DNA of 64,000 nt, taken from a virus (lineage: Duplodnaviria > Caudoviricetes). Position 1 is the stretch's first letter. Each line of letters starts with the position of its first letter. The notes under the pieces were generated by a model, which worked only from the letters and a program-made list of their open reading frames with translations, did no database searches and was not told the origin of the DNA. The position numbers and the translations under genes are program-made. Of this stretch, positions 35,042 through 44,632 are shown piece by piece. The DNA lies in IMG/VR virus record IMGVR_UViG_3300009551_000049, positions 1,196-65,195 of that record, one strand, 5' to 3'.

Positions 35042-38011
35042 GTGGAGACTTCCCAATACCTATTAAAACCCCTGAATGAAAAAGGCAGGGCTTTATTATC
35101 CCTGTGCAAGAAAAAGCGGCTGGTTTTGGCGACCGGCACAAGGCTCAGTACGAAGTGCGTTTCGCCAGATACGCTCATTTGCACAGAAGACGGCATTGTT
35201 TCAATAGGGGGTTTGGCAAAATGTGCCGAAGGGGAATCCGTCTCAATTTCTAAAAAAGTCCTCTCATTCAATCCAAAGACGAACCAGATTACAAAATCAG
35301 ACGCCATTGAGTTTTATAGCTCTGGGTTCAGAACCGCGTTAAAAATCAAAACTGTGTTGGGTTATGAACTAATATGCTCTCAAGAACACCCAATTTGGTC
35401 TGAATTTAATGGCGAAATGAAATTCAGGACTTCCACCGAAATTAAAGAGATTTTGATGGCTGGTGGAAAGGTCTGGCTGCCGCTATCAAAAAACGATCAG
35501 TACCCGGAGGTTGAAAAATTCAAGTCTGTTGAAATCGAGTGGTTGAACAGAAACGACCACTACAAAGTCAGGGCCATGCAAAGGATACAGAAGGCGATAG
35601 ATGGGGGTGCTAAAAGCATCTCACAGATTATGAAGTCGGCCAAGTCCGCGCTTCCAACAGTTCGCGCCTACCTGAACAATCCAAATCATACAATCCATAG
35701 CAGGCAGTCAATCCTTATTGATGACGACATGGCTTATTTTATCGGCCTGCTGGTCGGAGATGGTTGCTATACAAAAAAAGTTCTTGAGGCAGCAGCTATC
35801 GGTTTTTCGTCAAACGACCAATTCTTGATTGATTTTGTAAAAAAGATTTCGGAGTCGAGATTTAAAAACACTACTTTCAGCCATCGCACAGGGTGCGATT
35901 GGGTCATCAAATCAGCCCCACTCAAGGCATTGTTAAAAATTTCCGGCATGGCTGGAAATTATTCGCATGAAAAGTTTGTTCCAGATTTTGTGTTTGGGTC
36001 ACCCAAGTCCGTTGTCCGCGCATTCTTGCAGGGGCTTTTTGATACAGATGGAACGGTTTGTAAAAATGGTCAACCAAGATACTGCTCAACGAGCGAGCGT
36101 TTGGCCAAACAAGTTCAAGACCTTTTGCTTTATTTAGGCGTTAGAAGTTCAAGGGTTTTTAGCAGAAATAACTTTAAGGGTGCTTGGATTTTGTCCGTTC
36201 TGATGGAGGACGAATTTGCATCCAAGGTCGGGTTCAGACTTGAGAGAAAACAGTTGAAACTTTTTACCCAAAAAAAGTTCAGCATGAGCCGACCTGCCTT
36301 CGCGCCTTCTTTACTCAAAGTGCTTGAGCAATTAAAAGATAACCGAAAATCTCGCGGAGTACCAAAGCTTCCGAGAATCGTTCATTTGAGAACGATTGGC
36401 GGGTTGTTGCGGCAAAATCTGGCGTTGTCGCACAAGCGAATAATGCCGTTCATGCAGGCTATAAGGTGCGAAACCGAGCCTTCATTTCAAGCGCATTGGA
36501 TCGGCGGGAATGTTTTCTGGAATCAAATTGAATCGTGTGAAAAAACCGAAAGTGAATTGGTTGACATTTATGTTCCAGAAACAAATTGCTTCATTGGAAA
36601 TGGATTTATCAACCACAACACAATGGGTTGTCTCCACGTCCTGTGTGACCACGCTTGGAATACGATGCTCGGCAACATCGTCCTCATCACCATCAGCCAG
36701 AGCGCGGGCATCAACAGCGGTGTATGGGAGCAACTCACGCAAATGGTAATCCCCGCCTTCGGACTTAAATACGCGAAAGACCCGTATAACCAAGGCGCGT
36801 CCAAAAAACCTTGCTGCGAAGTCTGGAACCGGCATGGTGGAAAAACAAAAATCATGCTCGAATCCCTCAAGGACGAAAAAGAAGTCGAGGAGCGTTTCAA
36901 AAACAAATCGTACTCGATGATTTTCGTGACCGAGCTGGACATCTTCAAATTTCAAAAGACATTCCTGACATGGGCGGCGGCTTTGCGTATGCCCCATCTC
37001 GGGCTAAACGAGCATCTGCTTTTGGCCGACTGCAATCCGGCGGATGAGGGCACCGCGCACTGGATTTACAAGATGTGGTACGAGCTTCGCATTGACCCCG
37101 ATTGCCGCCCTGAGCTGCGGGCGATACGCGACCAGCTTGGCCTGTTGGAATTCAACTTGGATGACAACAATTATTCGACCAAGGAGGAAATCGAACTCAT
37201 CAAATCGCAGTACGCGGACTCGACTGACCTGTATGACAGGTACATCAAGGGACTGTGGGTCACCGCGAGCGAGAACGCGCTTTTCAGGTCAGTATTTAAG
37301 GAGCAGATTCACATCATCGGCGACGTGGCCACCCGCACAAATCCCAGCCCGTCCATCCTGATTCCAGAGCCGGAGTGCTTCGAGTTGTACGGCGGCTGGG
37401 ACATGGGCGTTGTGAACAGCGCGTTTGTCGTCATCGAAAAGGTTGTGCGTAACGTGGGCGGAAGGTCGGTGCCGTTTTTCAAAATCCTTGATGAGCTGGT
37501 GTTGGTGGATCAGGATTTTTTGATGTCCGCATACGTCGAGGCCGTGATGGAAAAGATGAAGTTCTGGGAGGACTTCATCGGCAAGCCGGTGCAATGGACT
37601 CACTGGAGCGACCGGAGCGCGTTTGATTTTCACGACAAGCTGGCTGGCCGGTATGACCATCAGGAGGTTGCGGACGTGTCCGGCGGCAAGATTCAGTTGA
37701 TGGCCGCGATGGACGGACGGCGCACAAACGAAACCGTCAGGCAGCGCATCGACCTTTTCCGAAAGCTGCTTTTCCAGACCCGCGTATTTTTCTCAGCCGA
37801 AAAAACACCCATGTCGATTGAGATGTGCAAGTCGCTTAAAAAAGGGCGTGGCCAGTTTTCAACCATCCAGAAGGATTCCAAGCACAAGCACGTATTCGAC
37901 GCCATCACCTACGCCATCGCCACGGAATGTTCGGAGGAATTAAACCGCAACGTCATCGGGCAATTGCACCCGCAAACATCTGAGTCCGGTCTGGTCAGGG
38001 TCGAGCTATGA
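35042..38011 (+). CDS. terL: Terminase large subunit containing an intein
   Basis: Walker A-like GTRLSTK|T, Walker B MIFVTELD, DCNP coupling motif, nuclease GGWDMG and HKHVFDAITY. Confidence 0.85.
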   Translation: METSQYLLKPLNEKGRALLSLCKKKRLVLATGTRLSTKCVSPDTLICTEDGIVSIGGLAKCAEGESVSISKKVLSFNPKTNQITKSDAIEFYSSGFRTALKIKTVLGYELICSQEHPIWSEFNGEMKFRTSTEIKEILMAGGKVWLPLSKNDQYPEVEKFKSVEIEWLNRNDHYKVRAMQRIQKAIDGGAKSISQIMKSAKSALPTVRAYLNNPNHTIHSRQSILIDDDMAYFIGLLVGDGCYTKKVLEAAAIGFSSNDQFLIDFVKKISESRFKNTTFSHRTGCDWVIKSAPLKALLKISGMAGNYSHEKFVPDFVFGSPKSVVRAFLQGLFDTDGTVCKNGQPRYCSTSERLAKQVQDLLLYLGVRSSRVFSRNNFKGAWILSVLMEDEFASKVGFRLERKQLKLFTQKKFSMSRPAFAPSLLKVLEQLKDNRKSRGVPKLPRIVHLRTIGGLLRQNLALSHKRIMPFMQAIRCETEPSFQAHWIGGNVFWNQIESCEKTESELVDIYVPETNCFIGNGFINHNTMGCLHVLCDHAWNTMLGNIVLITISQSAGINSGVWEQLTQMVIPAFGLKYAKDPYNQGASKKPCCEVWNRHGGKTKIMLESLKDEKEVEERFKNKSYSMIFVTELDIFKFQKTFLTWAAALRMPHLGLNEHLLLADCNPADEGTAHWIYKMWYELRIDPDCRPELRAIRDQLGLLEFNLDDNNYSTKEEIELIKSQYADSTDLYDRYIKGLWVTASENALFRSVFKEQIHIIGDVATRTNPSPSILIPEPECFELYGGWDMGVVNSAFVVIEKVVRNVGGRSVPFFKILDELVLVDQDFLMSAYVEAVMEKMKFWEDFIGKPVQWTHWSDRSAFDFHDKLAGRYDHQEVADVSGGKIQLMAAMDGRRTNETVRQRIDLFRKLLFQTRVFFSAEKTPMSIEMCKSLKKGRGQFSTIQKDSKHKHVFDAITYAIATECSEELNRNVIGQLHPQTSESGLVRVEL
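35156..36619 (+). mobile_element. Intein (488 aa) with LAGLIDADG homing endonuclease, inserted in the terminase Walker A
   Basis: Starts CVSPDT; block B CSQEHPIW; FIGLLVGDG and FLQGLFDTDG; ends FIGNGFINHN followed by Thr+1; lower GC. Confidence 0.95.
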
Positions 38012-38376
38012 AAAAGATTCGCATCGCCACCGCCATCATCGTAGCAATCGGTTCCTGCATTCTTTCGCCGCGCGAATCATGGGGGCGTATCACCGGCACG
38101 ATTGCCCTGCTGTGGAACATAGCCCGCAAGAAAACGCACCTTGCGTCAGCCGATGTCTTAAAGCGAAGACTGGATGCCTGTGAAAAATGTCCGCTGTTTT
38201 ATCCGCGCCTACGAACTTGCGGAACCCCACTGGTCAAAGACTTGAGGGGACTTGGTTGCTATTGCAATATGGATTTGAAGGCCCAAATAAAAGAAGCGGG
38301 TTGCTGGGGCGACGACAATCTTAATTCTGATTTCAGTTTTGGCTGGCAAAAAGATGACACAAATGGCACGGTCTGA
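38008..38376 (+). CDS. Cys-rich protein (DUF6171-like)
   Basis: RRLDACEKCP...TCG...GCYCNMDLKA...C. Confidence 0.55.
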   Translation: MKKIRIATAIIVAIGSCILSPRESWGRITGTIALLWNIARKKTHLASADVLKRRLDACEKCPLFYPRLRTCGTPLVKDLRGLGCYCNMDLKAQIKEAGCWGDDNLNSDFSFGWQKDDTNGTV

Positions 38377-38378
38377 GC

Positions 38379-38942
38379 ATGGCGACACGATCCAAAAATG
38401 CGGTAATCAAAGATTTAAAGTCGGTAACGTATATCAACGAGGAGGGGAAGGAGGTTTCAATACCCGAAAGCGAAATCAACCGATTCGTGCTGATTTCAAA
38501 CCTTCAGATGAAGAAGGGTTTCAACAAGGAGGGCTTCATTGACAAGATGGCCGCTGGATACCTGATGGATTCCGAAACCGTCCGCCGGTTCCTTGTCGTT
38601 AACGGGCTGAACCAGATGAAAAAGATGGAAGACGTGGCGGAGGAAATTCGCGTGAGGGTTGTAATCAAGAAGGCAGCATTTTCTGAGGACGAGGTTGCCA
38701 CCATGAAAGTCATCTGCGACGTGGCCAAGGCTTTCAACGAAATGTCTGAGAGTATCATCAAAATTGCCGGAGCGCGGACGAACCGCACCAAGAGCCTGCC
38801 CGCACTGCATCTTCCTGATGGCGTGGCACCGCAAACGGCACCCGGTTTTTACAGCCAAAACAAAACCGATATTCACGTCCATGTTGATGGGAAAAATGGC
38901 GAGAAACCTGCGGTGAATGTTGAAGAAGCTCCAGTAGCGTAA
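38379..38942 (+). CDS. Hypothetical protein, possible terminase small subunit
   Basis: Helical core with a C-terminal beta strand (DIHVHV); near terL; ATG 6 nt after TGGCACGGT. Confidence 0.4.
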   Translation: MATRSKNAVIKDLKSVTYINEEGKEVSIPESEINRFVLISNLQMKKGFNKEGFIDKMAAGYLMDSETVRRFLVVNGLNQMKKMEDVAEEIRVRVVIKKAAFSEDEVATMKVICDVAKAFNEMSESIIKIAGARTNRTKSLPALHLPDGVAPQTAPGFYSQNKTDIHVHVDGKNGEKPAVNVEEAPVA

Positions 38943-38960
38943 AATAATTTCAAAAACCTA

Positions 38961-38990
38961 TTGACGCTAGGTGGGGCAGTATGGTATCAA
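38961..38990 (+). promoter_or_regulatory. Promoter TTGACG-18-TATCAA for the replication operon (leaderless ATG 38998)
   Basis: Preceded by an AT-rich UP-like tract. Confidence 0.55.
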
Positions 38991-38997
38991 TCGGTGC

Positions 38998-39165
38998 ATG
39001 GCAAAGACCGACTCTCGTACTTACGTTAAAATAAACAACAAGAACGCTCGTTCTTTGAGGGCTTACAAAGTCCGCACAAACAATCCCGCTACACTTCCTG
39101 CGCTGGTCAATTGCGCCCTTGAATTGGGAATCCTCCAGCTTCCTGAAACGAAATACGGAAAATGA
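38998..39165 (+). CDS. Small protein, possible ribbon-helix-helix regulator
   Basis: RTYVKIN...ARSLRAY...LPALVNCALELG shows a beta-alpha-alpha pattern. Confidence 0.45.
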   Translation: MAKTDSRTYVKINNKNARSLRAYKVRTNNPATLPALVNCALELGILQLPETKYGK

Positions 39166-39557
39166 GCGGCATATCTACATCTCGCGCCCTGCTGGATGCC
39201 CATGTTCGGGCCATCGGTCATACTACCGCTGCAATTGAGATTGCAGAAAAGTGCAAAGGTTGCTTAGTGGTTTCACACCAGCCGCAAAAGAATGAAATCT
39301 GGATGCGCCTTAGCAGGAACTCCGGTGTATCTGTTTTAACATTAGCCGACATTGAGCACGGGCGTATGATTGGCTTAAGAAAGCCAATCATAGTTGACCA
39401 CCATGCTTATGCTGTGCTTCTGAGTGAAACATTGGCCGAGGTTGATGAAATCCTAAAGTCTTCGCGTAAAACATCACTTGAGCTAGAGGCGGCGTTGAAT
39501 TTAATTCATGGTCTGCAATTAAAACTTTCAAAGAAATCAAAGTCCCGCCGTAAATAA
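39162..39557 (+). CDS. Hypothetical protein
   Basis: Coupled ORF containing IGHTT and KPIIVDH. Confidence 0.65.
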   Translation: MSGISTSRALLDAHVRAIGHTTAAIEIAEKCKGCLVVSHQPQKNEIWMRLSRNSGVSVLTLADIEHGRMIGLRKPIIVDHHAYAVLLSETLAEVDEILKSSRKTSLELEAALNLIHGLQLKLSKKSKSRRK

Positions 39558-39560
39558 TTT

Positions 39561-40328
39561 ATGAAACCCGTTGATAAAAATTCTGACTTACAGCCACCGC
39601 TTGCCGTGATGGCACCCGAACCAAACAGCGTTGGCCAGCCCCAGCCCAATGTTGCTGAAATGCTTCAGTCTGTAATCAGAGGTGGGGTAACGACCGAAAA
39701 TGCAGCAGCTCTCGAAAAGCTGGTTGGCCTTTATGAACGGATGCAGGATCGGGACGCTGAAAAAGCTTTCAACACCGCTTTCGTAAATCTTCAAGCCGAG
39801 ATGCCGGTCATCGTCGCCAAGTCCATCATCCCCAATCGCGGCAAATATCAGAAGTTTGAGGACATCATGGATGAAATCGCACCCCTGCTGAAAAAACACG
39901 GCTTCTCTGTTTCGTTCACGATGGACACGAAGGAGAACCGGATTCTTGAAACCTGCCATCTGCGCCATGTCTCCGGCCATTCCCAATCCAATTCATTCGC
40001 TGTGCGTACCCGCAAGGCCGACAGCGATACCCAAGCTGATTGCATGGCGGCGACCACGGCAAAACGCAACGCTCTTTGCAATGCGCTCAATATCGTCATC
40101 CGTCAGGATTGCTTGAATGAAGAAAATGACGCTGGTATCGAGGGCGACCCAAATTCAAAAATTTCATCCGCTCAAGCTGATGAACTTGAACGCAGGGTAA
40201 AAATGTCTGATTCCAATGTCGCCGCGTTCCTGAAATTCGCAGGCGCAGAAAAATTTTCTGAAATTCCGGCATTCAAATACGACATGTTGGACGCCATGCT
40301 CAAACGCAAAGAACAGCAAGGGCGATGA
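39561..40328 (+). CDS. ERF-family single-strand annealing protein
   Basis: AFNTAFVNLQAEMP, KYQKFEDI, PLLKKHGFS, LRHVSGHS, TTAKRNALCNALNI. Confidence 0.85.
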   Translation: MKPVDKNSDLQPPLAVMAPEPNSVGQPQPNVAEMLQSVIRGGVTTENAAALEKLVGLYERMQDRDAEKAFNTAFVNLQAEMPVIVAKSIIPNRGKYQKFEDIMDEIAPLLKKHGFSVSFTMDTKENRILETCHLRHVSGHSQSNSFAVRTRKADSDTQADCMAATTAKRNALCNALNIVIRQDCLNEENDAGIEGDPNSKISSAQADELERRVKMSDSNVAAFLKFAGAEKFSEIPAFKYDMLDAMLKRKEQQGR

Positions 40329-40504
40329 CTGCCAAGCGTCTAATGCAGGCTGCTTCGGAAGGAAAGGCTGTGATTGGCCATAGCCACCTTGGATGCGGAG
40401 ACAGGCACCAGCCCGCCGCGTTCGTTGCCAGTATGCAATTCAGGTACGTCATGCAACATATCGACCAGCTTAAAATTTACAAACCGAAATCAAAACCGAA
40501 ATGA
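40325..40504 (+). CDS. Small hypothetical protein (59 aa)
   Basis: Translated by hand; ATGA-coupled at both ends. Confidence 0.6.
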   Translation: MTAKRLMQAASEGKAVIGHSHLGCGDRHQPAAFVASMQFRYVMQHIDQLKIYKPKSKPK

Positions 40505-40677
40505 AAAAGTTTTTCATCTGGTGGCATCGTCGTCGTGCTGCAAAGCATGGCGCATGGGCGGCATGTGGTGGAAGCAGAAGCCGCGCCCTTGAGCCATTCA
40601 TAGGCCACGATGGCAGTTGGCACGTCCACTATAAAAACTGGCACCTTGAGCAAATCAAACGCTTGGAATCAAAATGA
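40501..40677 (+). CDS. Small hypothetical protein (58 aa)
   Basis: Translated by hand; ATGA-coupled at both ends. Confidence 0.6.
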   Translation: MKKFFIWWHRRRAAKHGAWAACGGSRSRALEPFIGHDGSWHVHYKNWHLEQIKRLESK

Positions 40678-41438
40678 AAATTCACGCTCACTTTCAGCAA
40701 AAAACCGGAGGCGACCCCACGTTAGAATGGCAACTGGCCAGAGTCGGCATATTCACGGCCAGCGAATTCGATTCCTTGGTGTCGCCAACTGGCGTGATCC
40801 GAAAGGGTGAGGGGGTTGAAACTTACCTGTGCAAGAAACTTGCCGAGCGTTGGATTGGCGGACAGCTTCCATCATACACCGCGTTTGCAATGGAACAAGG
40901 CACCATCCTTGAGGAGCAGGCCATTCCCTACGCCGAATTCGAGTACAGCATGAAAATCCGGCAGGTTGGGTTTGTTAGCACTGATAACGGTCGGGTCGGG
41001 TGTTCACCGGACGGCCTCATCGGCTTCGATGAATCCAAGCTCAGGCCGACCGAGGCCAGTCCCTACGTTTTGAATGGGAACGAATCGGGCATTGAAATCA
41101 AGTGCCCAAACCTCGACACACACATCAAGTATCTGCTGGCCGGTAAGCTGCCGACTGATTACATCGCCCAAGTTCAGGGGTCAATGTTCATCACCGGATG
41201 CAAGACGTGGCATTTTCTCAGCTACCGCAGGAATCTGCCCGCCCTGCATCTGGTCATCGAGCAGGATTTGAAGTTTCAATCCGCGCTTGAAACGGCTCTG
41301 GACGAATTCACGGCCCGGTTTGATTTAGCTATGGCCAGACTGGTCGAGATTAACGGCGGCGAGCCTGACCCAAAGCAGCGTGGTACCGTGCCGTTCAAGA
41401 TTGAAAAATACGTCTCTGGCGTGGACATCGTTCCATGA
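40674..41438 (+). CDS. YqaJ/lambda-exonuclease family exonuclease
   Basis: EWQLARVGIFTASEF, MEQGTILE, GCSPDGL, IEIKCP, YIAQVQ. Confidence 0.92.
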   Translation: MKIHAHFQQKTGGDPTLEWQLARVGIFTASEFDSLVSPTGVIRKGEGVETYLCKKLAERWIGGQLPSYTAFAMEQGTILEEQAIPYAEFEYSMKIRQVGFVSTDNGRVGCSPDGLIGFDESKLRPTEASPYVLNGNESGIEIKCPNLDTHIKYLLAGKLPTDYIAQVQGSMFITGCKTWHFLSYRRNLPALHLVIEQDLKFQSALETALDEFTARFDLAMARLVEINGGEPDPKQRGTVPFKIEKYVSGVDIVP

Positions 41439-41614
41439 GCGAGCTTAACCAACGTCTAATCGCCATCGCCCGCGCGGTGGCAGACACCAAGCGCAGGCGC
41501 GTGGCCGTAATCATCCATGAACCGAAAGAACGTCAGCGCGTGGCCTACCTTCAGCACGATGCAGAGCGGGTCGATGCAATGGCGGATGACTGGGCTAGAA
41601 ATCCCATAAAATAA
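41435..41614 (+). CDS. Small hypothetical protein (59 aa)
   Basis: Translated by hand; coupled to its neighbours. Confidence 0.55.
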   Translation: MSELNQRLIAIARAVADTKRRRVAVIIHEPKERQRVAYLQHDAERVDAMADDWARNPIK

Positions 41615-42496
41615 ATGAAGCTTTACGCAATCAGAGGTTGGGGTGTCCATTTTGAGAACAACCGTTCGAGAACGGTGATTTCGCTGGACTGGATTTCTGT
41701 GCCAAATCGGCACGATGGCGAGCATTACACCCAGATTGTCACCAGCGAAAACGGGGCCGAAATCTTCGCGGGATGGATTCTGATCCTTCAGGTGGCCTCA
41801 AAATGCAATCCGAGGGGTGTTTTAGTCAGGGACAACGGAATTCCCCACGACTCCGCATCCCTTAGTTTAAAGACGCGCGCGCCAAAGTCATGGTTTGACA
41901 AGGCTTTCAGGTTCCTTGAGGCAAACACAGACTGGTTTGAAGTCACCGACCTGACAGGCTCCTATCAGCCACCTGTCAGGCAAGTACCAGCTAACTGCGA
42001 AGAAGGGAAGGGAAGGGAAGGGAATAGAAGGGAAGGGGAGGAGGGTGACGGACTGCCCAAAGAGGCTTCTTTTTGGAACAACAATTGCGGAACGCTGCCG
42101 AAGGTTTCAAACGTAAGCGCAGGCCGGAGAACCAAGCTCAACCAGCGCAGGCAGGACAAGTTCTGGGTGGCCAACTTTGAGACAGCGGTGGTACGGGCAT
42201 CAAAGTCTGATTTTTGCACGGGCAAGAACGACCGGACTTGGAAGGCTGATTTTGATTTCATCCTGCAACCGGACGCGGTTTCAAAAATCATGGAAGGAAA
42301 GTACGACAACCGGGCACCGTTGCCGAACAGGCCTGCAAAAAATCAAGACCAGTGGAACCTGTGCAATGGCCGGTACAACCTCGAAAACGGCCCGAGGCGC
42401 GAACACTTCCCGGATCAAAAATCTTTTGACAACCATCTTGGGTGGTACAACGACTGGAAACAAAAACGACTCGCTTTAAAAGCTAAATCCGTATGA
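41615..42496 (+). CDS. Phage replication initiator (O-like)
   Basis: EGKGREGNRREG linker; C-terminal WKADFDFIL...KIMEGKYD; directly upstream of dnaB. Confidence 0.8.
   Translation: MKLYAIRGWGVHFENNRSRTVISLDWISVPNRHDGEHYTQIVTSENGAEIFAGWILILQVASKCNPRGVLVRDNGIPHDSASLSLKTRAPKSWFDKAFRFLEANTDWFEVTDLTGSYQPPVRQVPANCEEGKGREGNRREGEEGDGLPKEASFWNNNCGTLPKVSNVSAGRRTKLNQRRQDKFWVANFETAVVRASKSDFCTGKNDRTWKADFDFILQPDAVSKIMEGKYDNRAPLPNRPAKNQDQWNLCNGRYNLENGPRREHFPDQKSFDNHLGWYNDWKQKRLALKAKSV
41945..42045 (+). repeat. Probable origin: CCTGACAGG/CCTGTCAGG inverted pair followed by GGAAG-type purine repeats
   Basis: Lies inside the initiator gene, as in lambdoid origins. Confidence 0.5.
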
Positions 42497-43971
42497 TTGA
42501 TTCTGTTTCAGATGCAGCAGGCGGAGGCGACGATTTTAAACGCCGCCGTAAAAAATCATTGTCAGAACTCGGGGCGTCTTCACTCGACCGCCTACCACCC
42601 CACGATTTACAGATGGAAATGGGCGTCATCGGCTGCGTCATGCTGTCACCACGGGAATGCTTGTCAGAGTGCGTGACCACCCTTAAGGACAGTGGCAAGG
42701 ACGCATTTTATGATGTCCGGCACCAGTACATTTACGAAACGCTGGTAAAATTATTTGAGGCCGGAAAGCCAATCGACATCATAACCGTCCAGCAGGATTT
42801 GAAAGACCGTCAGTTGCTCGAACAGATTGGCGGAATTAGCTACCTGTCGCAGATTCAAGACAGCGTACCCAGCGCGGCAAACCTGAGCTACTACCTCGGG
42901 GTCGTGAAGGAAAAATATCTTTTACGCCTGATGATCCAAACTTGCTCCGGCGTGGTCGGGCGCATCTACGATTACGAGGGCGAGGTTGACGCGCTGCTTG
43001 ACGAGGTTGAAAAAGAAGTGCTCAAAGTGGGCGACCTCCGCCGTGGTAGCGACGATATAAAATCAGCCAAGGAGCTGGTCAACGATTCGATAACTGAGAT
43101 TGAAGGCCTGTTCAATCGCAAGGGCGCAATCGGCGGCATACCCACCGGGTTCCCTGACTTCGACAAAATGACGGACGGACTTACCGAGGGCATGTACGTC
43201 ATAGCGGCCCGGCCCTCAATGGGAAAGACCTCGTTCGCCTGCAACATCGCCGAACACATCGTGCTGGAATCCAAGCTGCCGGTCGGAATATTCAGCCTTG
43301 AGATGAGTGCGGCATCCCTGATGTTACGCATCAACTGTTCCGCCGCCCGCGTAAATCTTCGCCTGATACGCGACGGGTTTATGAACGGGGGTGATTTTTC
43401 AAAGCTGATGACATCCTCGGGCAAGCTTTCAGTCTCAAAGCTGTGGATCGACGACACCGCCGGTCTTTCCATAAACCAACTGCGCGCTCGTGCCCGGCGC
43501 ATGGTTCAGCGTTATGGCATCCGCGTTCTGGTCATCGACTATCTCCAGTTGCTTCACTCGACCAATCGCAAGGCCAAAAGCAGGCAGGAGGAAATTGCTG
43601 ACATCTCATCCGGCCTGAAGTCGCTTTCAAAGGAGTTGCACATTCCAATCATCGTTCTGGCGCAGCTAAACCGAGACATCGAGCGCGACAACAAGGGAAC
43701 CAAAAAGCGCAAGCCGCGCATGAGCGACCTGCGGGAATCTGGATCACTAGAGCAAGATGCTGATTTGGTCGGTCTGCTATACAAGCCGAATGTGGCGGAC
43801 GATGACGAAGAATCGGACTCAGATTCAGCGGATGGAATTGCCGTGAATCTTTTGATTGCAAAGCAGCGCAACGGCCCGACCGGAGATGTGTGTTTCACAT
43901 TCTTGAAGGGCATAACACGATTTGAGTCCGCTGCAAAATTTTCAAACGAAGACGTTCCTGACGGTCGGTAA
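42493..43971 (+). CDS. dnaB: Replicative DNA helicase
   Basis: AARPSMGKT, FSLEMS, IDYLQL, LAQLNR, DLRESGSLEQDAD, IAKQRNGPTG. Confidence 0.97.
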   Translation: MIDSVSDAAGGGDDFKRRRKKSLSELGASSLDRLPPHDLQMEMGVIGCVMLSPRECLSECVTTLKDSGKDAFYDVRHQYIYETLVKLFEAGKPIDIITVQQDLKDRQLLEQIGGISYLSQIQDSVPSAANLSYYLGVVKEKYLLRLMIQTCSGVVGRIYDYEGEVDALLDEVEKEVLKVGDLRRGSDDIKSAKELVNDSITEIEGLFNRKGAIGGIPTGFPDFDKMTDGLTEGMYVIAARPSMGKTSFACNIAEHIVLESKLPVGIFSLEMSAASLMLRINCSAARVNLRLIRDGFMNGGDFSKLMTSSGKLSVSKLWIDDTAGLSINQLRARARRMVQRYGIRVLVIDYLQLLHSTNRKAKSRQEEIADISSGLKSLSKELHIPIIVLAQLNRDIERDNKGTKKRKPRMSDLRESGSLEQDADLVGLLYKPNVADDDEESDSDSADGIAVNLLIAKQRNGPTGDVCFTFLKGITRFESAAKFSNEDVPDGR

Positions 43972-43991
43972 ACCAACAACCAAATAAAATT

Positions 43992-44432
43992 ATGGCCAGC
44001 TTTAACCGCGTGATACTGATGGGCAACTTGACCCGCGATCCAGAATTGCGTTATACACCGAAAGGGACGGCCATCGCCAAGATTGGACTGGCGGTGAACC
44101 GCGTCTGGACGAATGAGGCAGGCGAGAAGAAAGAGGAGGTAACTTTCGTGGATGTGGATTGCTTTGGCCGCACGGCTGAAAATGTCGGTCAATACATGAA
44201 AAAAGGCAGGCCTATTATGATTGAGGGCCGGTTGAAACTCGACCAATGGGACGACAAGGCGACTGGAGCCAAGCGTTCAAAGCTGGGTGTCGTGGCGGAA
44301 ACAGTCCAGTTTCTCGGTGGCAAGGATGACGCGCCAGCCGCTCCGCGCACCGCGCGTCCTGCTACCACCGCGCCCGCGTCTGAACCTGTGGAAGGCGACG
44401 GCCCGCCGGAATCGGATGATGTCCCCTTCTGA
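43992..44432 (+). CDS. ssb: Single-stranded DNA-binding protein
   Basis: MASFNRVILMGNLTRDPELRYTP...DDVPF. Confidence 0.97.
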   Translation: MASFNRVILMGNLTRDPELRYTPKGTAIAKIGLAVNRVWTNEAGEKKEEVTFVDVDCFGRTAENVGQYMKKGRPIMIEGRLKLDQWDDKATGAKRSKLGVVAETVQFLGGKDDAPAAPRTARPATTAPASEPVEGDGPPESDDVPF

Positions 44433-44440
44433 GTATTTTT

Positions 44441-44632
44441 ATGACCAAAGAGGCCACCAGAGCGAAGCAAGTCGGCGTGTTATACATGCGCGTCTGCTAT
44501 GCCGAGGACTTGGTACGCAAGGTAAACGACCGCCACCACAAGGACGGGATTGTAAACCAAAAGTCACTCGACGACATCGACGAGCTGCTGGCCGAAGGTA
44601 GGCAGGCCATAAAAATTTTGAGAACCACATGA
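44441..44632 (+). CDS. Small hypothetical protein
   Basis: ORF within the operon. Confidence 0.6.
   Translation: MTKEATRAKQVGVLYMRVCYAEDLVRKVNDRHHKDGIVNQKSLDDIDELLAEGRQAIKILRTT

Noticed and set aside
42000-42045. GGAAG tandem repeat as a CRISPR or regulatory array
   Set aside because: It encodes the usual EGKGREG linker of phage initiators and has no spacers.
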